Shown: positions 57,508 to 64,000 of the stretch, piece by piece
Layout: every line of letters starts with the position of its first letter
How positions within the stretch are numbered: position 1 is the stretch's first letter
Assembly: GCA_040954595.2 (NCBI GenBank)
Contig: CM082583.2
Span: 11,632,636-11,696,635, forward strand
Reading direction: 5' to 3'
Origin: Balanoglossus misakiensis
Lineage: Eukaryota; Animalia; Hemichordata
Length of the DNA stretch: 64,000 nt
Made by a program: the position numbers and the translations under genes
Notes under the pieces: generated by a model
Seen by the model: the letters and a program-made list of their open reading frames with translations, nothing else
Databases searched by the model: none
Told to the model about the DNA's origin: nothing

Positions 57508-58269
57508 AAGTGACAGAAGAAATAAAAGCTACTGAATATCTTTCATGACATCCTTGTAATTCTAGCGAGAACAATAATATGAGCACACATTCTAAACCCA
57601 ATTGTAACTTATAGTGCAGTCATAAAATTCGCAAACTATTGTGACATTACAAGCCATAGGTATCTTAATAGAGTCATACTGCCTGACCATGAGGGCTATA
57701 GTACCCGTTTATTGCCCCCGAGGGACTCTGAGTTACCAGAACTGCATGGGGTTTCCTGAGGCCGCGGGAAATATCTATATTCCTATCACGTGACTGATTT
57801 TAGCAAATCACAACACAGCATGAACATGAGGTGTGTTTATTTTAATTTTTTTTTTATTTTGTAGTTTTTGTCATAGGAATAAAAAAAGAGTAACAGAACG
57901 GTAGCAGTGTGGGCCACTCCTTCATTTGTTAATCACAATGACTGCAACGTTATTGCCAGGTCTAGTACAAGACATCAAAATGATTCTCGATCTGCCAGTG
58001 TATTCTGCCCAAAAGGCTGTCTACACAAGTCTCATATAGCTTCCAGGGGCCACCCCATTGGGCCTCAAGTCTTACTCAGTTGGTGAATGGCATCCAACCT
58101 GTGGTTTGTCCAAACCATGCACAAGTGCCAACAACTTGACCTTGAGGACTTCCTCTGGGGATGAATTCTATGGGGGAGGCAGGTCTCCCCTTTCCACGAT
58201 ATGAGACTTTTGGAATCAGTTGTCTGCAGCATAAACATCTTGGTCATGGCTTTACATCATGAAAGAATG

Positions 58270-59965
58270 GCTCTGTCATCAGGTGGTGCTGCGATGTTCT
58301 GCCGAGGTTTCTGTCATCAATTGAGGATTTCTGAAAAAGAATTGACAGTAGGTTATTTGTGCATAATCCCAATTTGACACATGTACAGTAAACTCTGTAA
58401 TAACAGCCTGTAATTCATTGTAGGAACATACAAAAGCCATGCACAGATATTACCCACACAACCTTTATAAACGTATTAAGATGCCATTTCTTCAAATTAT
58501 GCAGATTGTATTATACATGTACTTACACTTTCGTGAAAACCTTCTGAGAACGCGCAGAAAACCTCTCCGCAACTTCCCAGGGCGTCTAGTCTGCACCACC
58601 TCATCGCTACCATCTTCAGCTACCCCTTCTTGGGTAGCTGGAACTTCAGTCGGGATGCTGACACTAGGTTGGCTGGTCTTAACTGCCAAAGGTGGGAGGA
58701 ATCAAATCGATTAATGGTGGCACTGTATAAGGCTGTGTTAAATGCTGTGACAGATAGATGTAATATATTAAGGAAGATGGGTATTAGTCTAAAGGAATTT
58801 CTGACACTCCATACTTACTAATCAGAGAGGAAGTCCTTGCTGTGTCAGCATCACCCTCATTATCTGAAGGGAGAATGAAATTTTATCCCATATATCTGGT
58901 ATAATAAGTCATTCAATTTCTCCGACAATTTTCCAAATGTTTTTGTTAAGTTTTGATCAACTCCTCTGTATTACATAACATTTCCTCAGAACTGATAAAA
59001 ATTGATTTGTATTTGACCCACCCGACTGTTTTTGTACTTTAAAACATTTTCCTGATGATACTTACCACCTGCAGCATTAGTCTCTACCTCAAGGTGAGGC
59101 AGTGGGGTGAGTGCCAGTGTGCTGGGCCCTTCCGATGTTGTCTTGACAACGGGCCCTGCTTCTTTTGTTGCCAATAGTGATGGGACACTGACACTCACCA
59201 GCGTGGGCTCAGGACTTGGTGCTGGGGCAGATGTTTCTTCGTCCTCACTGGGATAAGCGAAGAACGACGAGCTGCTTATAATTGAGCGCACTGTGCTGGT
59301 GGACTGCACGGTGCCAAGATCGGTGGCGTTGTTGGTGGCAGTGTTGTCGCCATTGATCTTCAGCAACTCGTCGCTCCCTGCAGATGTTTTTGCAGCAGCA
59401 GCCAAGTATGCCAGTGTGGACCTCAGCACACAAGCCAGATGTTTTAAGTGAGCCACGCTCCCACACCTCATCTTGATTTTCTGTCAACAGAATAAAGAAA
59501 TGTTTACATATTAATCATCATTTCATGTAGTCACTGATGTTTGCATTGGAAAAGTTATTTAGATCTTGACAGTTCTAACCGACCAGGGTCAAGTTCACCT
59601 AACTTACCTTATCACACTCCATTGTCACAGAGACTGATTTCTTACCTTCGTCAATTTTGACGAAGGTATAGCTCTTTGCTTTTTCCATATTTTCCTACAT
59701 TAAAAACAAAGTTTGTAAAAGATGAATAATACAATTTTCACAATGTTTGAGAAAACCAATGCTGATTTCCAAATTTCAGTGAGGTCAGTAGATATAAACT
59801 TGGTGTTTGATCTGTAGCAATGTGTTGAGCAGGAAGATGCATCTTACGTTCTTTGTCACCACAAATTCATCGGGAAATCTGACTTCAAGATATTTCTTCT
59901 TCCATTTTTTGACTAGTTTTTTTGAAGTCATCTTTACTTCCCCTTTGAAGATTAGATGGCCAGGC

Positions 59966-60030
<65 letters not shown>

Positions 60031-61175
60031 TGCATATCAAAACAGGTGTGTTGGACCATGTCAATACTCTCTAGTCTTACCCCAGTTCCCTTTTAGAGGT
60101 CAAACCTTACCATAGAAAACAATGAGTTTAGACTGAACCATGGTGCGTAAAGATACAGTATATGGTAACCTATGCAACCTATACCTTTGTCCAGCAATGT
60201 TATAAATGCCATACTCTCACCTGTATTTGAAAAGATTCGGAATTAGTCACCAAAGGTGGACACCTTTGGTGACTGAAATAGGCACGACCACGCGATTTCA
60301 ACCTCCGTTTTGTTCATATGCATGATATGTACATAAAGCATTGTTATGTAAATATTTCTTTACGACATGCGCAAAAACCTCGAGGCACTCTGAGGGCTGC
60401 ATAAAAACCAAGGGCAGCTCAGTGAAATTTCTTACCTCGTATAAATAAGTGAGAGAACAAGTGATGACTGTATCGTCAAACTCTGCACAAGAGGGCACCG
60501 ATGGTGCAATCTTATCCTCGGATACTTCCGGGACGCGTCGACGGTCAAAGCGTCGATCAGGGAATCCCATTGTTTCAATTACGTCATTAATCACGTGACG
60601 TGTCACAACGGCGATGATTGGCTAAAAGTTTTGTGGCATATCTCATTGGTCAACTTAGAATGGGAGGACAATGATAAACTTTGAGGGACAGAATATTTGC
60701 GTTAATCGATAAACATTTAACACCGGAGAGTGTACACGTCAGTACGTTTGCAATGGTTATGACAGAAATCTTTTATCAGTGCAGTGTAGTTTTTTCTAAG
60801 TAAAAATATATCCGGGCTTCAACTCAAGCACGGTACCCGTGCCGCTAGACTGTACTACAATGCAATGGTATCGCCCACACGGATACCATTGTCTAGTATA
60901 ATAAACAAACCCGGCACTTGGAAAGAACTTTTCTGAACGTGTTTGGTTTATGTTGCGCAAAACTTTTCTGAAACTAACGATTGCAAATAAAGGCTAAGCT
61001 TTACAACGAGATTTTGAGTTTTTGCATTAAGGGATTACTAAAGGAGAAGGAGGAAATTTCTTACCTCATATACATCACCGAGAGAACTAACACTGACTGT
61101 GTCGTCAAATGCAAACGAATTCACCAATGGCGCGTTCACATCATCAGATACTTGCGATAAAGTATCGAAATCCAT
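58270..61175 (-). CDS. Uncharacterised protein with an N-terminal PH-like domain and Ser/Thr/Pro-rich tail; two alternative first exons
   Basis: In-phase exons PGHLIFKGEVKMTSKKLVKKWKKKYLEVRFPDEFVVTKN / ENMEKAKSYTFVKIDEGKKSVSVTMECDK / KIKMRCGSVAHLKHLACVLRSTLAYLAAA.. / VKTSQPS..RRPGKLRRGFLRVLRRFSRK. The 3' end is uncertain. Confidence 0.6.
59970..60026. repeat. (GA)n microsatellite forming the polypyrimidine tract of a minus-strand acceptor
   Basis: Perfect GA run next to the exon boundary at ~59963. Confidence 0.95.
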
Positions 61176-61560
61176 GATTTTACGCTGTCAACAAACACTC
61201 TGATCTGACGTCCAAAGTGTTCCGGCAAACAGTGCGACGAAAGTGCGTATCACTCTTTCTTTATTTGTTCAATACCATTGTTCTTAGTCACGTGACATGC
61301 GGACGAGGTCGCTGATTGGGTAAAAGTTTTTTTTAGCGACATACTCATTGGTCATTGGATAAAGCTTATTTCTCGGCATCACCATGATAAGAATAGGAGG
61401 ACAAGATACAACTTTTGAGGGACAGAATATTTGTGTTGATTGAAAAATATGACTTCTTTTAAAGGAACGCCGGAGAACTTGCACGTCTGTGCGCGTTTTT
61501 GTCTAGTGCCTATTTGCAATGATTGAACGAAGGACTTTAGAAGTGTTTTATCGGGTTTAA
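60424..61560. repeat. Diverged tandem duplication of promoter plus first exon (~60424-60790 vs ~61034-61560)
   Basis: Shared blocks in the same order: GAAATTTCTTACCTC, TGACTGT.TCGTCAAA, TCACGTGAC, TGATTGG.TAAAAGTTTT, CTCATTGGTCA, TTTGAGGGACAGAATATTTG. Confidence 0.85.
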
Positions 61561-63283
61561 TTTTCATTTTGTTGGTTGTGCAGTTTGTGGCCTACCTGTG
61601 ACATGAATTGCTTGTATCATACATGTAGTTAGGATATACTTGCTGCTACTTGCCACATGACTAAGACTCTGATGGATTCTGTAAAGTACAATTTGCGTCA
61701 ATAAACTTTGTCGCAAGAAGGCAACCGCCCCTTGTTATCTAATTTTTCAAACAACAAAACAATATTTTATTTCAAGACAGATCATGCAAATACAGCAAAA
61801 TTGTACCAGACATGTGATGAAGCTAAATATAGAAAAATTTAGATAGCTATAAAATGGTCCAAAATGAAATGTTAATATACTTGTATATGAATTGACAAAA
61901 AGATCAAATATGTAAATTTGAACTGACTGTGATAGAATAAGACCATTGTATTAATTAATTTGAAAATTATTCCTCTTAAAATGACAGCAAAGTTTTTCAG
62001 AGATGTAATTAAATACTTATTATATATAAAAGGCAACAAGTTCTGCTGTATAATACTTTATATTGCAGTGAGGCTATTTTTCATTTAAACTGAGGTGAAA
62101 GGGTTAAAGACTACATATGTGTGGGCCTGATCCGATGTGTAGGCTTGAAAACTATGTGCGTCTTCTATTCAAGGCTTTTACTCAAAAATATAATGTGTAC
62201 ACAAACATTTGTCACAGTTGCATGACATGTACCCTAAAAAAATCCATTTAAAGATGATGGAATGCACTACGCCGCGCTAGGGTGCCACCAGGATTGTTGG
62301 CTGTAAACATTTACACGTAACTCAGCTGACAGACCACAATCACGTTCATGATGTTTGTGTACTATATTCGCTACATTGTAAATGATACTGTAACTAAACT
62401 TGAATGTTGAAAGTTCATAATGTGTTAAGCTAGACTCGAAGTAAGTGAGAACCTATTCAAATTGTTTCTTCCCTGAACGCCATCTTGTCTTTAGCATACA
62501 TTTCCCTGATCTATATATATACAGCATACACACAACCATACATACAATAGTTAAAGCAGATTCACATTATCCATATATAACAAATGGGTGATTTTTCTAA
62601 CAAAACAGTTTGATTTTAGCAAAAATCAAAGCGTTTCACTAGCAGCTAGATCTACATTGTGTTCACCCACTTTTCTATTGGTGCTCAACTTCTTTTTGTT
62701 TAAGTTTACAAACAGTCTCTTCAACCACAGTCCCTTTATTACATGGTCAAGAAACACCACTGGACGGCCTTTGTTCTAATCTAAGGTATCAATCACCTAC
62801 TCCGTAAAACAAGAGCGTGATATTGGTTTGCCATCACACATCACATACATACAAGTATAAGAAGTAAAAAGTTAGTATTCTGAAGCCAATTAAGGCAGTG
62901 CAATATTCCATGTGATCCCTTTTGTGTTATATTGTAACTACAAAGAATACAGCACGCAATAACCCATTACAATTCTTTACATTTCTCGAGAGTTTGACAT
63001 TTCTACAGAACTCAACAAAAATGGGTCAAAAAAACACTTAAAAATCTAAAGTCACCCATAGAAACTCTATAAACTTCACTACGACTTCTATACGCTCCAG
63101 AATTCTATATATGTCTCTAGAATGTTTGTGTAAGAAAAAATTTAATTACAATTAAGTCTCACTTTAATTGGGAATTAAAGTGAAAGATGTTTTCCCAGAT
63201 AAGATCTGCCAACATGTCATCTAATTTGCTCAGAGCCATTTGTGAATGCAGGCATAATCTGTCAACATTTCGACTATTTCTTT

Positions 63284-64000
63284 TCAAACTTTGCTTTCTT
63301 TTCCTTTTCCTTCTCTTCTTCCTGTTTCCAGTATTTGTAGTTGTTTTGCAGATGAGTAGTCACTTCAGGACAGTCAGCAAATGCTACAAACAAGAAATGA
63401 AATACATTAAAGACACATCACATTATTTCTAATGTGGCATGGCAGACTTTATCCAACTACCACAACCAAAATGTATAGCAAAACATCTCAGACTACAGTG
63501 AGTCGTAATGTCACAAAACACAAGAGCTATGGAATGATACTTACTGTCCCAGGCATCAAACATGTCAACCACAAAATAATCAATGAACGAGACTTGAGAC
63601 TTGGATACACACAGAGTATTACGATCAAACACAGGCATCACCACAGGCAGTCCTTGTACTTTTTCTTCATCAGTCTAGAACAAAATGCAGCTTCAAACAT
63701 TATTCATGTCACCAGAAAGAAAACAAATTGTACTCTGTGCAAAGACTGGGTCACAAGGATGACAAAAAATCCATCCAGTACAGTCACCCTTTTTATGAGC
63801 CATCACAAAATGATTGGAACAAATACCTGGATACAGAAAATCTGAAGACCAAACTACCCACCTGACTGCAGTATTCTTGAGCTATTCTGTTTGCCCATTC
63901 TACGCAAAGGTTCAAAGGTCTTGCAGGATTGGAAATGTCAGCGCATTTAATTAACATCCGTTTAATAAGCGTTCTATTTTCCGGAGTTGTAAGTGCTGCT
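63284..64000 (-). CDS. PDE8A: cAMP phosphodiesterase 8, 3' exons (partial, runs off the window)
   Basis: [78 protein letters not shown]. Confidence 0.92.

Overview
Eukaryotic, gene-dense, small-intron animal DNA. It is most consistent with a marine invertebrate deuterostome, which is an inference from gene content. Gene models were read by eye from splice sites and reading-frame phase. Left to right: a multi-exon alpha-2-macroglobulin-type thioester protein (+), apparently extended by a netrin-type NTR/C345C module; a candidate non-coding/snoRNA-host unit (-); LSM6 (-) head-to-head with CKS1 (+); ODF3/CIMAP1 (-); a DZANK1-like gene lacking zinc ribbons that splices in frame into a complete annexin core (-), head-to-head with frataxin (+); two divergent alpha9/10-like nicotinic receptor subunits; an SHB/SHF-like SH2 adaptor (-); a young 426-bp TIR element with a 9-bp TSD; chondroitin sulfate synthase (+); a secreted single-VWD protein (+); an SLC28/CNT3-like transporter (+); an unknown PH-like gene (-) with a tandemly duplicated promoter and first exon; and the 3' end of PDE8 (-). 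The most interesting observations are the DZANK1-annexin fusion and the A2M-NTR chimera. No database searches were run.
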